Made by a program: the position numbers and the translations under genes
Shown: positions 23,862-24,000 of the stretch, in pieces
Position numbering within the stretch: position 1 is the stretch's first letter
Layout of the letters: each line of letters opens with the position of its first letter
The notes under the pieces: model-generated
The model's database searches: none
The model's input: the letters and a program-made list of their open reading frames with translations, nothing else
What the model was told of the DNA's origin: nothing
Assembly: GCA_048498115.1 (NCBI GenBank)
Contig: JBEHYP010000003.1
Coordinates: 53,863-77,862 of the forward strand
Reading direction: 5' to 3'
Source: Bacteroidota bacterium
GTDB taxonomy: Bacteria > Bacteroidota > Bacteroidia > Chitinophagales > Chitinophagaceae
Length of the DNA stretch: 24,000 bases

Positions 23862-24000
23862 ATGAAAAAATGGCTCTTATTATTTTTTATCCCCGTTACT
23901 GCAATCCGCTGCTCTCATACGCAACAACAACCTTCATTGACAGAGGGTACTGCGAATGAAGATTCGGTAAAAACATCTTTTTTTCCCGTTACATCTTTTT
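23862..24000 (+). CDS. Hypothetical secreted protein or lipoprotein, 3' partial (runs off the window)
   Basis: Open frame MKKWLLLFFIPVTAIRCSHTQQQPSLTEG... with a signal-peptide-like N-terminus and a Cys at position 17. It is preceded by a -7 box in the same geometry as four other genes. It is absent from the ORF track because no stop lies in the window. Confidence 0.45.
   Translation, partial: MKKWLLLFFIPVTAIRCSHTQQQPSLTEGTANEDSVKTSFFPVTSF

Noticed and set aside
1-24000. Mobile elements, CRISPR arrays, tRNA/rRNA genes, defence or toxin-antitoxin systems, or a horizontally acquired island
   Set aside because: I saw no transposase, integrase or phage-like ORFs, no regularly spaced 25-40 bp direct repeats, no tRNA-like cloverleaf sequences in the spacers and no obvious compositional break. 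The gene content is core housekeeping with conserved Bacteroidota synteny.

Overview
This window looks like a gene-dense core chromosomal segment of a Bacteroidota genome, probably Chitinophagia/Sphingobacteriia-like. That placement rests on gene content (GldJ, PorV, BshA, DUF4292, DUF5683, DUF4783) and on recurrent TAnnTTTG promoter boxes. I support 23 protein-coding genes. Most are housekeeping: ftsK (5' partial), murF, ispF, dut, dapB, parA/parB, nadC, gpmI, bshA, apaG, a SUI1/YciH homolog and an EnvC-like factor. There are also two type IX secretion/gliding genes (gldJ, porV) and an ECF sigma factor followed by an uncharacterised single-pass protein with a beta-barrel-like C-terminus. I found no rRNA, tRNA, CRISPR array, transposase, integrase, phage gene or recognisable defence or toxin-antitoxin module. 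I see no convincing novel multi-gene system here. The points most worth a second look are listed below. (1) The ECF sigma and its 513-aa partner, which combines an inner-membrane anchor, a long Asn/Ala/Thr-rich linker and an 8-strand OMP-like domain. (2) A 100-bp spacer inside the parA-parB operon, built from octamer-periodic GATTTG repeats in inverted arrays around a perfect 15-bp palindrome. (3) The stop/start-coupled parB-DUF5683 pair. (4) Five genes whose TAnnTTTG -7 box sits only 4-5 nt from the ATG, which predicts leaderless mRNAs. (5) Several intergenic spacers, each filled by its own palindromic or iterated short-motif element (REP/MITE-like). All protein calls come from my reading of motifs in the supplied translations. 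No database search was run.
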